Source: the human T2T-CHM13v2.0 reference genome, Homo sapiens | DNA: 64,000 bases | Strand: one strand, 5' to 3' | NCBI RefSeq assembly: GCF_009914755.1 | Contig: NC_060942.1 | Shown: positions 24,867-38,715 of the stretch, piece after piece | Numbering within the stretch: position 1 is the stretch's first letter | Layout of the letters: every line of letters begins with the position of its first letter | Position numbers and translations under genes: made by a program | The notes under the pieces: model-generated | Seen by the model: only the letters and a program-made list of their open reading frames with translations | Database searches by the model: none | Told to the model about the DNA's origin: nothing

Positions 24867-25331
24867 CTAGGAAGATGAAAAGTGATATTAGTAGAATTGT
24901 TCATGGGAGAGCCCACAATAGGGCATAACTGCAATCCCAAGAGTGTTAATCCTCAATGACCGTAATAATGGACAAGAATGATTGAAATCTAAACATTAAT
25001 CCCCCAACTCCCTCTAGCTATTAGAGATTTCCTAGAAAACTGCAAATTTAAGCAACTCTGTGTTCCAGGGGGCCCTTTGTCAAATTCATCATTATAAGCA
25101 AAAAGCCTCCTGACAACCATCATTTATTTAATGATTTCTTTCTCTCTTAGGAAATAGATGGAAATAAATCGAATGTTAACTGTTTTGATCAAGTAAGTCA
25201 CAACAAGAGCTGTGCGCATCTTTCCAGAAAGATGAATCTCACATGATCATAATAAATGAAATAAACAGTACTTGCAAAACAGCAATAAGCAATCTTTGTC
25301 CCCAAAATATAACAGCTTGCTGGTTAATAAT

Positions 25332-25757
25332 TGCTATGGTTTGGATATTTGCCCCCTCCAAACCTCATGTTGAAATTTGATCCTCAGGGTTGAAGGTGGG
25401 GCCTAATGGGAAGTGTTTGGGTTATGGGGGTGGATCTCTTACGAATAGATTTATGCCATCCCTCAGGGGTGGGGGGAATGAGTGAGTTCTCAATCTATTA
25501 CTTCCTCGTTGTTAAAAAGAGTCTGGCACCATCCCCACCCCCACCCTGCTTCCTCTCTGTCCATACTATCTCTGAAAATGCCAGCTCCCCTCTGCCTCCC
25601 ATCGTGAGTTGGAAGCAGACTGAGGCCCTCACCAGATGCAGATGCCTAATGTTGAACTTTCTAGCCACCAGAATCATGAACCAAATAGGCCTCATTTCTT
25701 GATAAACTACCCAATCTCAGGTATTCTGTTATAGCAACATGAAGTGCACTAAGATAA
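25332..25757 (+). mobile_element. MaLR solo LTR (MST-like)
   Basis: tgctatggtttggatatttgccccctccaaacctcatgttgaaatttg...ggtattctgttatagcaaca. Confidence 0.85.
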
Positions 25758-27723
25758 CAATGTTACTAAAAAACAGAGAGAAGGCTGCCTTTGAACCCAC
25801 CTCTAATGAATAAATGGACTTATGATTGGCCACCAGCACTGCCAATCATTTCTTTCCTAGAGAAGCTTATAAACATCCCAGAATGTATCCCAGACTTTAA
25901 AATAGATGCCCAGTGGCAGGCAGACCACCTCTACAGGAAATAGAAGATTCAGGACTGCTTAGGTTTTTGAGAAAAGGGGAGAGGGGGAGGGAGGGAGGAA
26001 GAGAGGAAGGCAGAGAAAAAGAAACCTCACATTCTGAGGATTGAGCCTTTCATGGTACTATATGAACGTTCCATGATATTGGATATTGTTCAAGGAAGCA
26101 GCAAACTCTTTGACTAAATCCTTGTCTCATGAAACTTTTAGCTCATTGATTATTTCAAAACAAAGAAAACTTATGTCCAGCCAAGGAGAAGAAAATTACT
26201 TCTAATTTCTGAAGCAACTCAGTCTTTGCTCCCAGGACTCCTGCCTTGGACAGCCACATTCAGATGTGCAGGGAACAGATGACTGGCCTTGGCGGGATGG
26301 GGTTCAGGGGTGGGGATGAAGTCTGTCTCCCAGCGTATGATAAAACAGAGCTGAAATGTTCATGGGCATATTATGGCTCCAATGTCATGAGATTGATTCT
26401 CATAAATCATACATGACAGTCAGTCTTACTACCTTGTGGTCAATCCCTGTATGTACTGCCCGTGGGAAGCAGGACAACAGCATAATCACACCTCTTTCCA
26501 CACTTCCCCCAGGCTGCTTACAGCCTGTCAGTCATGCATCTCTCATTTTCTCTTTTAAAGCTACTTTGAGGTTCATTTAACTCATATTTGATGGGCATAA
26601 AAATGCTAACTAAACAAGAAAGAAATTTAATATAAACTCCATGAGGGCTAGGACTACTTAATCTTTTCAACAAATATTTAGTGAATGCCTCCAAAGTACT
26701 AGGGAGTGTTTTAGATAATGGGGATACAAGACAGGCAAATGCTCATCTACAAGGAGCTCCCATTCTGTGTTCTAGTGAAGGCCTGTTATAGCGATTAGCA
26801 TGCGGTAGATGCTTACTAAGTGTTTGTTGAGAGAATGAATAAATGAATGAACCATGTACCAGTTGAGACAGCTGTAGCCAACTTCACCCATTAAAGCTCT
26901 ACACTTGAAAGGGTTTGAACTTTCATCTGCTCCTGACTTTGCAACAACCCCATTTTAAAAGAGACTTTGAACCCTAAGCACTACTGGTTATCCTGGTGTT
27001 CCCGGAAAGAAAAGTATATTTATTCCCTTTCTATATCCCTTTTTCTTCTTTATTAAAAAGAAGAAATATCATTTCTGGGAAATAAGGGATAAGGTATTTT
27101 TTTAAAAGAGTTTGATGTGCATATGCTTTCCTCTCTATACCTCAATATCTGTAACACATGTAAAGAGTACTTTTCTGGTTTGGTATTTTGGTTCAGCCTT
27201 TTAAGAATATGCTATAGCACAAATAGACTGAGTCATTAAGCACAGAAAACATGGGGAACTTCCTGGTCATTATGTGAAATGTATAGAGAGACTGCCCCAT
27301 CAAAAGCACCACCACCCCTCTCTCCGGCCTTTCTATCCTGCCTGCATTTCCACTACCTATGTCAGTCCCTTATTTTAAGGTCCTGGTATTATCACAGTAT
27401 CATCAGTGTCAACAGACATTTATGGAGTAGCTGTCATGTGCAGAATTCTCTGTCAGGCACTGGGCAATTTTTTCCAAAGGGCTTCAGTTAAAAAGTTACT
27501 ATGATATTTACTGGGATGGTACCTTTATTCTTCCGTGATTGATTACTATTACATCAGCAAAGTAATAAGCGGGTACCTAGAAGAGACTGACCTCTGAAGA
27601 GAATTAAACACAGGACAAGTTTTCATTAGGATGAGCTTGGTCACTGGAATAGATCATCATAGTATCATGCCGTGATTTACAAAATAATCATATTCCATTG
27701 AGATTTATTTGCACCTTTCCTCT

Positions 27724-28134
27724 TGTATTAGTCAGTTCTTGCACTGCTATAAATACCTGAGACTGGGTAATTTATAAATGAAAGAGGTGTAATTGGCTCA
27801 CGGTTCCACCGGCTATACAGGAAGTATGGTGGCAACTGCTTCTGGAGAGGCCTCAGGGAACTTTACTCATGGCAGATGGCAAAGCTGAAGCCCACATCTT
27901 GCCCGACAGGAGCAGGACCAAGAGCGAGCAAGGGGGAGGTGCCGCACACTTTTAAACAACCAGATCTCACAAGAACTCACTCATTGTCACGAGACCAGTA
28001 CCAGGAGATGGCGCTAAGCCATTCATGAGGAACCACCCGCATCATCCAATCACCTCCCACTGGGCCCCACCTCCAACATTGGGGATTACATCTCAGTGCA
28101 AGATTTGGTAGAGACACAGATCCAAACCATATCG
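27724..28134 (-). mobile_element. MaLR solo LTR (MSTB-like)
   Basis: tgtattagtcagttcttgcactgctataaatacctgagactgggtaattt...gatccaaaccatatc. Confidence 0.88.
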
Positions 28135-29547
28135 CCCCTCTTACTTTTAAATTAAAATTCTACTTCAAAATACCCTAGTGAATCTCCACATGTAAAAAAA
28201 TTGGTTGAATCCTTGACCGTGTAAATTCATACATTTGACACACATTTAGTGACCATCTACTTTATACCAGGCACTGTTCTAGGCAGCTGGGAAACATCAA
28301 TGAACATAACAGAGATTGCTGGCCTGTGGAAGTTACGTTGAAGCAACAAACCGTACAACTGGCCCGCTGCTGATAAGCAATTCCATAAATTTGATTTTAA
28401 CCAATGGGGTTTTTTTTGAAGTGAAGCCTTTAACAGCCCAGTTCATATTTGTACTTGCTTACGGCATCAGTTTCAAGAGCAGGCTCCTCGGTTCTCATCC
28501 AGAGGCCAGCTCACAGAGAAAGGGAAACCACAGACTCACACCTTCCCAATGAGTCAGACCTTTCTTTTAGGAGGAGATTTCTTAGTTAAGTCATTACAAA
28601 AGAATGCTAGCAAATGATTCTTCTGCTGTGCACCTATTCTCAGCATAGAATGAGTGCTGAAACTTCGAGTGAGTGCTGACACAATTTCCTTATGTAGGGA
28701 AATTGTACTCATTCAAGTGAAAAAAGGAGTGTTTGGGGCTCTAGGAGTAAGCCCAACATAGTGTGTGGTGCGTGGACTTGGAGGACTAGCAACCAGCGTT
28801 TGTAGCCCAGCTTAATTGGATATAGCATGCATGACCACGGGTAACCTCTTTAGCTTCTCTGACCCTCTGTCTCCTCCTCTAAGACTAACCACATGCATGT
28901 CTGCACCATCTTGTCAAGTGCCTGACATATTGCCTGGTGCCCAGAAGGCACTCACTCACTGATACTAATTTTCCTTCTTCTCTGTGAAAAAACAGCAGTA
29001 GCTCAGGAAAAGAGGAAGTTGGGGAGCTCTGACAGGCAGAGCCTTGAGCTATGAGCTTTATGAGGGTTTTCTCATCTGATCCGTAAAATAAATCTGAGAA
29101 AAAGATGTTATCATCTCTTCTTTACTGATGAGATGAATAGCCTAGGTCCAATCATAGAAACCACACAGTAGGTTATATAAGAGAAGTTCAATATAAAGAA
29201 CTATTGACTGTGATAGAAGAGTGCTATAAGGTATAAGGAAACTGTCTATAGTACTCTAGGTAAGGGAAAGTACCAAGGAAGGACAAAGTTGGAAGAGGTT
29301 TAGACCTACTTGGAGAAGGTGTGGTTAGGCCACCAGATAGCACAGAAGTTCACTGGTGCATCCAGACCAGAGCTGGCCTGGAATTGCCGAGAAAAGCAAT
29401 AGACCTCCCTTCCAAGTGCAGGCCAGGAGTAGGTGGTCAGCATGCAGTGGCGTGGGTGTGCAGGGGAGTCTGGGCATGGGTGGTCACAGGGGCTGAAGCC
29501 TTCAGAGCTTGTGGGCTACATGTGGTGTGGGTCAGGAGTTTGCAGAG

Positions 29548-29982
29548 TGCTAGTTTGAATGTCCACTCAAAACTCATATTGAAACTTAATCCCCAGTGTG
29601 GCAATACTGATGGGTGGGGCCTTTAAGAGGCGATTGAATCATGGGAGCTCTGCCCTCATAGAGGGATTAATCCATTTATGGATTAATGAATTAATGGGCT
29701 GAAGGATTGATACGTTATCAAGGGAGGGGACCTGGAGGCTTCATAAGAAGAGGAACAGAGACCTGAGGTGGCATAGAGCGTGCTTAGCCCCCTCGCCATG
29801 TGATGCCCTGCTCTGCCTTGGGACTCTGCAGAGAGTCCCCAGCAGCAATAAGGCCTGCACAAGATGCAGGCCCTCTGCCTGGGACTTCTCAGTCTCCAGA
29901 GCTGTAAGAAATACATTTCTTTTCTTTATAAATTTCCCAGTTTCAGGTATTTTGTTACAAGTAAAGAAAACGGACTAAGTCA
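29548..29982 (+). mobile_element. MaLR solo LTR (MSTD/MLT1A-like)
   Basis: gtttgaatgtccactcaaaactcatattgaaacttaatcccc...ggtattttgttacaag...ggactaagtca. Confidence 0.85.
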
Positions 29983-31434
29983 CAGAGGGAACAAGTGCTC
30001 TGTGCACCAGACCTCAGGCGGCTATGTGTAGACCACACAGGAGCTTGTGGAGGCAGTCTGTGCGTTGATACAGGCAGGAGGCTTTAAGAGCTGGGGGCCA
30101 TGCGGGGCTCTGGGTTCCAAAGAGAGAGGGCAGCAGAAAGGGTATCACTACACTAAGGCTACAAGGTTGCAGATGACCACGTTCTGGGGCCCATGGCTGA
30201 GGCAGGATGACCACAGGCTCTCCAACTCCACCAATGCTGAAATGACAGGAATTCTCTTCCTCCTGCAGTGTCCTTCCAGTGCCTTCTGCTGAGAAAGCGT
30301 AATACTGTGCTTACTTTAAAGAAGAATAATGGAATTTCGTTAGTACAGGGCACATATTAAAGGGTGAATTCAGAGCTGAGAGGAATGAATTAAAAACCGA
30401 CACATGAGGTCAATGATGTTTGGGGATGAGAAGTCTCCCCAGGGTCCCACAGTCAAAGGCAGAGCCAGGATTTAAAGCCAAGTCTGTGAGGCTACAGAGC
30501 CCTTTCCAACCCAGCATTTCTAATCAGGTAAGTTGGAATAAACCTCACCTCACCAAGGGCTGGGAACTTCCCCTAATTTAAGTCCAGAACTTCTAAGCTC
30601 CTGAAACACTTTGGATATGAAACTGCAAATGTCCTTCTTAGGTGCAACATGGCCATCTCTCAATTTCTCTACTTCCCTACAAGGTCTAAGGGTAGGGACT
30701 CAGTTATTCATTTCTGAGTCTCCAGAGCCTAGCACATAGGGACTCAAATAATTTTGCTGAATGAATAAGCAGATGAATGAATACAGGAGGGGAAAGGGTA
30801 AACCAAATTTAGTAATGTTTCCAAGCCTCTTTTTGAAAGCAGCATTAAGCTTGGAAACTTAATGCTTGAATAGCATTTTTCAATTGAAACCCCATTCAAC
30901 ATGCCTCTGATTCCACAAACATATTATTTTCACTTATTGGCCTTTCCAAAGTTCTGCCTCCTAGGAATGTCTGCCATGGATTTAATGGAAAGGTGTGTTT
31001 CCTCTTTGTGCACCCCAGGATGTTCAAGGTTATGCTTTTCATCATTAATGAGTGTCTTTCATGCCAGCCAAGTGCATGACACTAATTTGAGTCACTAACA
31101 ATAGAAGGTTGTATGAGATAAGATCCCTCTCCTCAAATAGCTTATAATCCAGTTGAAGAGACAAGATGTACATGGAAAACAAGATGTACATAGATAACAA
31201 TTCTTGACAAGTTGTGCTAATAGCCAAGTGGATGAAACTTAACTAACAACGCTGCTCCAGGACAGAGTGTGGAAGGTCACCACTGTATCATCCTCTTCCA
31301 TTTCAACGATAAAATTCCTGCAGTGCAGAAATCAGAGGTTGTAATCTTACGTCATATGTTTCAATTCTAAGATACTTCTTGAACATTTCCATGCAGTCTA
31401 AGGGACTTCTCTACTGATTGGAATGGGCAGATGT

Positions 31435-31930
31435 GGTAGATACTGTTGGCTGACTAATTCAACAGTACCGCCAATCCCCTTGTCTCTTGCTACCTCCAAC
31501 TAAGAAGGCTGGAAAACCACACACTCTCCCAGCCTCTTACATAGCTAGATGGGGCAAAGGGGTCAGTCTGCCTAATGAGATGTTCAAGGAATCCCACCAA
31601 GGGACTTCTGGGGAAGCTTTGCTTTCCTTGTGTAAGGTATAGACATGGTGGGTACCTTGCCTATCCCCTCCTTCTTCCTTCAATCAGGATGTAATGCCTG
31701 GTGCTGCAGCTCTCATCTTCCAGTCCTGGGGCATGAAAATGAAAAGCCAGCACACTATGACTGGTGCAGCAGAAAGAGAGAAGGAAGTTGGAGATTTGCA
31801 GTCATCGTCGAGCTACTGGAATGACACACAGACTTTCACTAGCCCCAGACTTCTTGTGAACTACAAAAAAAAAAAAAACACACACACACACACACTATTA
31901 GCTAGCTGACTATTCTGTTAACTGCAGCTT
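31435..31930 (+). mobile_element. Old MaLR LTR fragment (MLT1J/K-like) containing an A/(CA)n run
   Basis: gatgtaatgcctggtgctgcagctctcatctt...ccagacttcttgtg...tattctgttaactgcagc. Confidence 0.55.
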
Positions 31931-34900
31931 CTCAGCAGCCTAATGGATAGAAGAGAAAAATATATGGCTGAGGGAAGAAGGGGAAGCCAGGTGAGGGTCA
32001 CCTTGGAACCCTCTGGAGGCTCTGGGCAGCTCCTGGTAGGGATTAGCTGGAAGGGGACAGTGTCCCGTAGAGCAAGGGGTGTGGTCCCTGGAAGGGAGCT
32101 CAAGGTGCTGGTCAAAATGCCAAGGGATCAAAGGGCCTTAGGCAAGGTGAACTTGAAGTAGAGTGGGGGAGGGAGAATGGGAAATATGAGAAGATTGATT
32201 GTCAAAGGAGAGAGGCCACAGTTCTAAAGCCAATCAGAAGCCCCGGGGCCAGGAGGGCCAAGCCACTCGGTCCCTAGCTTCAACTGGTCAGTCTTCCGTG
32301 TGCCAACATGCCCTACCATGCATAATTTTCATTCTCCAACTTCTTTTTTTTTCAAAGTTCTTTTAGTGTTCTTTCCTTCTTATCTGGATGAGGTAAGTAG
32401 AAATAGCACTGTGTCCTTCAACAGTTGTCTACACATCATCAATTTTCCCTTGTGGTTCCAGGAAACTTTAAATGAGACCTTCCCCTCTCTCCAGCCATTC
32501 TGGGCTGTTGTAGCCTCCCCCACGGATAACCTTTCCTAAATATCTGCTGAGCTGTCACAACAGGCAGAGCGTCATTCGGCCATTTGTCATTCGATAGATC
32601 AAATCCATACCACCTTGGGCTGCAAAACTGAAAATAGATAGCCCGGTCCCCAGCCAAAGAAAGCTTAAAGGCAAGCTAGAATATTTCAGGAACTTGAGTT
32701 TATTTTTAGGAGTTGCCTGATTGCCCAGAAAGAAGCTTCTCTTGAAGGCTTTGAATATTAGGATAACACGTAATAGACTGGAGGACTGTAACTTCCTTGA
32801 TATTCATCTAAAACCTCCAGTCCTGAAACAGATCCTAAACACCCCTATATCTGACCAGCTCTTCTTCATTCCATTCCCTCCTAAGGGACAAGAAATCCTC
32901 AGCCAACTGGTGTTACAATTCTGTCTTCATTTCTTGAGAGTCATAGAGTTTGTAAAATACTGATTTGATCTTTTGCTGGGAGAGGCCTGGGTTTCCATGG
33001 TTCACACCCTTCCTAGGAGCTCTGTGCGTTCAGTGGGAGTCTTTGCCTGGTGACATGGTACGAGTGGAAGGGCACTAGAGCATGAGCCATGAGCATATGA
33101 ATTTATTGTACATCTCAGGTGAGGTGAGCTAAGTAGTAACGCTACTATTAGTAGTAATAATTGCTAATCCCTACAGCCTTTTTAACACACGGCAGGCACT
33201 GTTCTAACTGCTTTACTTACATTAATGCAGTTAATGTTGGTAAAATGGCATAGAAATTTATGACTTGAGGATTTTGGGTTGTACATTGCAAACGAAGGGA
33301 TATACCAACTATTCCAACACAGGCGGGGACCATGTAACGGCAAACTCATGTGAAATGGGTCACAAAAACGGCTGTCTTCTTTTCCTGCATGCATCTGTGT
33401 TTTCCTGCATAGATGATGGGAGATTTCTGGGAAATGAGAGAGACAGAGTGAGCCATAATTTCCATAAAGTGCAACTGTATGCAAACATAAGAAAAGATGG
33501 TGCTATGAAGCCCCATGATTTCTCTTGAATTCCACTAGGCATTTCTGAATAGTCTCTGGGGGGTTTTTTGGTTTTGTTTTGTCTTTTTGCTTTTTTATTT
33601 GCTGTGTCTTAAAAAGACACAGGAGATGAGAGAAAAATGGAGTAGGGTGATGGAAAAATGATTTGAGTCTCAGAAAACTGGGGTTTGGTCTTGGATCTGC
33701 TACTATACAGGAAGTGGCTGTAGAGAAGTCACCAGGTCTCTCAGAGTCTTTCTTCCACAGTAAAGTAAGAGTTAGATAACACCTCTTGCTTCCCAACAGC
33801 TTTGGTGTTCTGTGACCTGCTGCCAAGTAAATGGGGCCTAAGCTTCACCCCTCATTTGCAATCAGAGGTTCCGTGGACTCCTATGGCTTCTAGATCTAAT
33901 CTTCTCTATTAACAATGAGAATTGTTAGGGAAAAGGATACAGCATGTCACCATGTCACCATAGGTAGACCGATTGAAGATTGAGCCAGTGGGACCCCAGA
34001 GAGGGGCAGGAAAGAGACAGTGGGCTGGAGAACGGCTCACCATGAACATGCACTCTCTGGATTCCAAGTTCCTCTGCCTCCCTGGTCTCTTTCCTTCTCC
34101 CTCCTCTAGGCATTAAGTGCCTTGTGTCTTTGGTAGACTGCACTGTGTTGGCGTATAGACCCTATGGTTCATCCTGCAGAGTCCTAGAGGCTTACAGACC
34201 TAGTCCAAGCCAGTGAAAATCATCACAGCCACAGAATGCAACACCAGTGGCCTAAGCCTCCAACCTTGTTAGCCCTTTGTAAGATACAGGCTGCTTTGAA
34301 GAGCCAAGAAAAGTTATGGCTTCTTCCCAGAAAGTCTTGTTTTACCCACACAATGTTGCACATAATTTCCGGGGGGTTTCAGACCCCCTTGGGCCTATGG
34401 ATATCCTGTTAAGGGCTCGTTGAGCCTCAGAATGAATCCCTGCTGTATGTAGACCATGAGCCTGGGGTGAGTGGGATGGTATTGTTTACGTCCCACAAAC
34501 TGAAACTTTCCTGCAGATTTCAGACAAAATGATAAGGGGAAAAAATTAATTCTTAGTCAGGTTCTAGGAGAGTATTTTCAAATCAATATCTCTCTTTATA
34601 GTTTTTAGAATTTGTGAGTAAAAGCAAAACCAAGGTAGTAGCAATTACCACACTGCAATGACAATAATACATTACATAAAGCAAGTTCTTGTAAACTTTA
34701 GAAGCAGGAAATACTTGTCACGATTACTACACTAGTACTTTGCCTCTTCAGTGTGGGCTTCAAAGTGTACAGCAGTGATGGTATTCGGCTATTGGAAAAT
34801 CTGAATATAAACATAAATATTAAGCCAGTCACCTGCCTCAGATGCTCATACCAAAAAATGGCGAGAAAATGCAGGTTTGGGGATTGAGGATTCTTTATAT

Positions 34901-34963
34901 CCTATATCTCTTCTCTAGTAAGTCAGCAGGATAGTGATAGGACCTCGGGTTTGGTTTCCTGTG

Positions 34964-35261
34964 TTTTGTTTTTTTTTTTTCTTTGAGATGGAGTCTCACT
35001 ATGTTGTCCATATCACAGTGGTGCAATCTCGGCTTATAGCAACATCTGCCATCCAGGTTCAAGTGATTCTCCTGCCTCAGCCTCCCAAGTAGCTGGACTT
35101 ACAAGCGAGTGCCACCATGGCCAGCTAATTTTTGTATTTTTAGTAGAGATGGGGTTTTGCCCTGTTAGCCAGGCAGGTCTTGAACTTCTGACTTCAAGTG
35201 ATCCACCCACCTCGGCCTCCCAAAGTGCTGGGATTACAGGCGTGAGTCACCGCGCCCAGCC
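34964..35261 (-). mobile_element. Alu (AluS-like)
   Basis: Antisense dimer; flanks share ttggtttc. Confidence 0.93.
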
Positions 35262-36839
35262 AGGCTTGGTTTCTTGATTGGCAGAAAATAACCCCTCTGG
35301 CAGTACAATCACAGGTGACGCAGCAGGCAACAACGATTACCTGCTAAGACTGAGAGACAGCTTCATTCCAAAAAAGAGACAAAATTTCCTGGGATATTGA
35401 GATCGCTGAGAGGGACAACAACATTAATGTTGTTCTACTTGGTGCGATGAGCATGGTAAATGCTCAGAAATTATGTCAAATGAGTGAACATCTATCCAGT
35501 CTGATCTTTGTCCAACATCCCTTTGCCAACATATGTAGGAAGGTTTTGCCTCTTCAGTCTGGTTCTCTTCTCATGTCAGATCTCAGCATCTCTCTGTTGA
35601 GACATTGATCTCCTACCTGAAAATTGCTCCAGGCTCCTGCGTTTTGGTTAATATGTAGCTTCTACTAAACTAAATCTCTTATTCATCACTAATAGTTTGG
35701 TGCCTGGTTTGTTGGGGTCTTTTTTAGATCTAAACCGAAGCTTTATGTTCTCTTTTGAGTAGAGAGAGAGAAGCATCTTTTGTTTTAACCACAAATAATT
35801 GAGGTTTCAAGTATGTACCACTTAGAAGACATCAGCATAACTGTACCGACTATAGCCAGGCACCATGCACTGAAAGTGAGGATGTCCAGTTTACCCTGGG
35901 CACAGAGCTATAAATTGCAAGGTACAACAGCAGGGTTGCATTTAAAGATGAGGGAAATCAAAGGTAAGATGTGAACTGAGGAGGACTATGGTGCAGATTA
36001 CACCAGAAATTCAGGGGCCCCTTTGGATGGATCCATCGAAACAAACTTTCCCCTTGTAGATGGAAGGAAAAATAACAATTCACAGAAAAGTTTCTGGGAA
36101 GCTGAAGTTGGTAGGGAAATGCCTGGAGAACCAAGGAGGAGGAAACATCTGGAATTCAATGTTGTGATTTGAGCTAGGAAGGCAAAATATACACTGAGCT
36201 GATATTTGTGCATATGGTGGCTTGAAAATTCACACACCTTACTTCTCAGGTGCCTGAGTAAATGCAATCCCTTTATTTTGTCTCTGAAACCGATCCTGTC
36301 TTCCTCATGGGCCCCCAATCAGGGATGTGGGAGATGAGTGGAAAATAACAAAATTTTCTTTCTGATTAAGCCTATTCTGGTCCAATCCCTTGGGCAGTCC
36401 TCTAGGGAATGCTCACTTTCTAGTACTGCTGGCCCCACCCTCTGGAAGACAGTGTCTGAGCTGCCCTGCATGGGTAGGTGGAAGGGTGGCTAGTTCCTGT
36501 GTCCTGAAAGGGAAGCAGGCAAAGCTCTCCTGTCCTCTCAGTTTCCCTTAGCTTGCTCCACCACAATCCCGGCATTGCAAAACGTGAAGTCAGGACCTAC
36601 GTGCCCCTCTCACCCTGACTCTGTCTCCGTCACCTTCCTCCTCCCAGTAGCTCTGAGCAGGGAAGGCTGTGTCCACTTGTCCACACCCTCACACCTGTTT
36701 GCTTTCAGATTGTGCAGAGATAAGATTCTCTGATCTAAGAAGAAAGGAACATAGAAAACTCTCTCAACAAAGCCAGACTGTAAGGTTATTGTCCTGCTTA
36801 AACAAATACAAAACCTATTTATTTTCATCTGTTTGCTTT

Positions 36840-38175
36840 CCACAGCACAACCCTTATCTATGCCTCTCTCACAGTACAACCCACATTCTGGTGTCTATGA
36901 CATACAACCTCCTTCCCCTCCTCCATCACGTACAACCCCATCCCCATCTCCATCACGTAAAACCCTATCCCTGCCTTCATCATGAACAACCCCATCTCTG
37001 TCTCTATCACATACAACCCCATCCCCATCTCCATCACCTACAACCCCATCCCATTTCCATCATATATGACTCTACCCCCATCTATATCATATACAACCCC
37101 ATCCCCATCTCCATCATATATGACTCTACCCCCATCTATATCATATACAACCCCATCCCCATCTCTATCACCTACAATCCCATCCCCATCTCCATCACCT
37201 ACAACCCCATCCCCATCTCCATCATATATGACTCTACCCCCATCTATATCATATACAACCCCATCCCCATCTCTATCACCTACAACCCCATCCCCATCTC
37301 CATCACCTACAACCCCATCCCCATCTCCATCATATATGACTCTACCCCCATCTATATCATATACAACCCCATCCCCATCTCTATCACCTACAACCCCATC
37401 TCCATCTCCATCACCTACAACCCCATCCCCATCTCCATCATATATGACTCTATCCCCATCTGTGTCATATACAACCCATCCCCATCTATATCACATACAA
37501 CTCCATCCCCATCTCCATCACATAAAACCCCATCCCTGACTTCATCATGAACAACCCCATCCCTGTCTCTATCACATATAACCTCATCCCCATCTCCATC
37601 ACCTACAACCCCATCCCCATCTCCATCATGTATGACTCTACACCCATCTATATCACATACAACCCCATCCCCATCTCCATCACCTACAATCCCATCCCCA
37701 TCTCTATCATATATGACTCTACCCTCATCTATATCAGATACAACCCATCCCCATCTATATCACATACAACCACATCCCCATCTCCATCACGTACAACCCC
37801 ATCCCCGTCTCCATCATGTACAACCCCATCCCCACCTCCATCGTGTACAACCCCATCCCCGCTTCCATCACGTACAACCCCATCCCCACCTCCATCACAT
37901 ACAACCCCATCCCTATCTCTATCATGTACAACCCCATCCACATCTCCATCACATACAACCTCATCCCTATCTCCATCATATACAACTCCATCCTCATCTC
38001 CAAAACATACAACCCCATCCCCACCTCCATCACATACAACCCCATCCCCACCTCCATCACATGCAACCCCATCCCCACCTCCATTACATACAATCCCATC
38101 CCCACCTCCATCACATACAACCCCATCCCTACCTCTATCATATACAACCCCTTCCTCATCTCTGTTGCATACAAT
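36840..38175 (+). repeat. 27-bp minisatellite/VNTR, ~49 units, consensus CATCACMTACAACCCCATCCCCATCTC
   Basis: Visible tandem array; 9-aa periodicity in the ORF track (ITYNPIPIS / IIYDSTPIY / HHIQPHPHL); degenerate edges. Confidence 0.95.
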
Positions 38176-38324
38176 TCTCTTCACCTTATCACCATCTCAC
38201 CCCCGAGATGGAGGTAACCCTAGTTTCCTGGGCTTCTTTAGAAGGTCCCAGAAACAAAAATGGAAAAAAAAAAAAAACCACATTTTTTTTCTTAATAATT
38301 CACTGTATCTACACTATTGGCAAC

Positions 38325-38715
38325 TGTACCTGTTTCCTAGGGCTGCAAATGACCACAAACTGGGCAGCTTAAAACACCACAGCTTTACTCCCTCAGTTCT
38401 GGAGGCCAGAAGTGTGCATTCAAGGTGTCGCCAGGGCTGCACTCCTCTGGAGGTCCTCCCTTGCCTCTTCCAGCTTCTGGTGGCTCCTGGCCATCCTTGC
38501 CATTCCCTGACCTGTAGATGCATCACTCCAGTCTCTCCCTCCGTCTTCATGTGGCCATCTTCCCTCTATATCTTTCCGTGTGTCCTCTCCTCTTCTTATA
38601 AGGACACCAGTCACTGGATTTAGGGCCCACTCTAGTCCAGTATGACCTTATCTTAGCTAATTATATCTGCAGGTTCCATGTGCACAAAATTGCAGGGAAC
38701 ACGATTCAACCCACT
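38325..38715 (-). mobile_element. MaLR LTR (MLT1C/D-like)
   Basis: tttcctagggctgc...cagttctggaggccagaagt...cttataaggacaccagtcactggatttagggccca. Confidence 0.8.

Noticed and set aside
36840-38175. CRISPR-like array interpretation of the regular repeat
   Set aside because: Head-to-tail units without unique spacers, no cas genes, human intronic context.
36669-38623. Long ORFs (293, 358, 246 aa etc.) resembling mucin/extensin or His-Pro-rich proteins
   Set aside because: Translations of a stop-poor 27-bp minisatellite, open in several frames on both strands, with no supporting gene structure.
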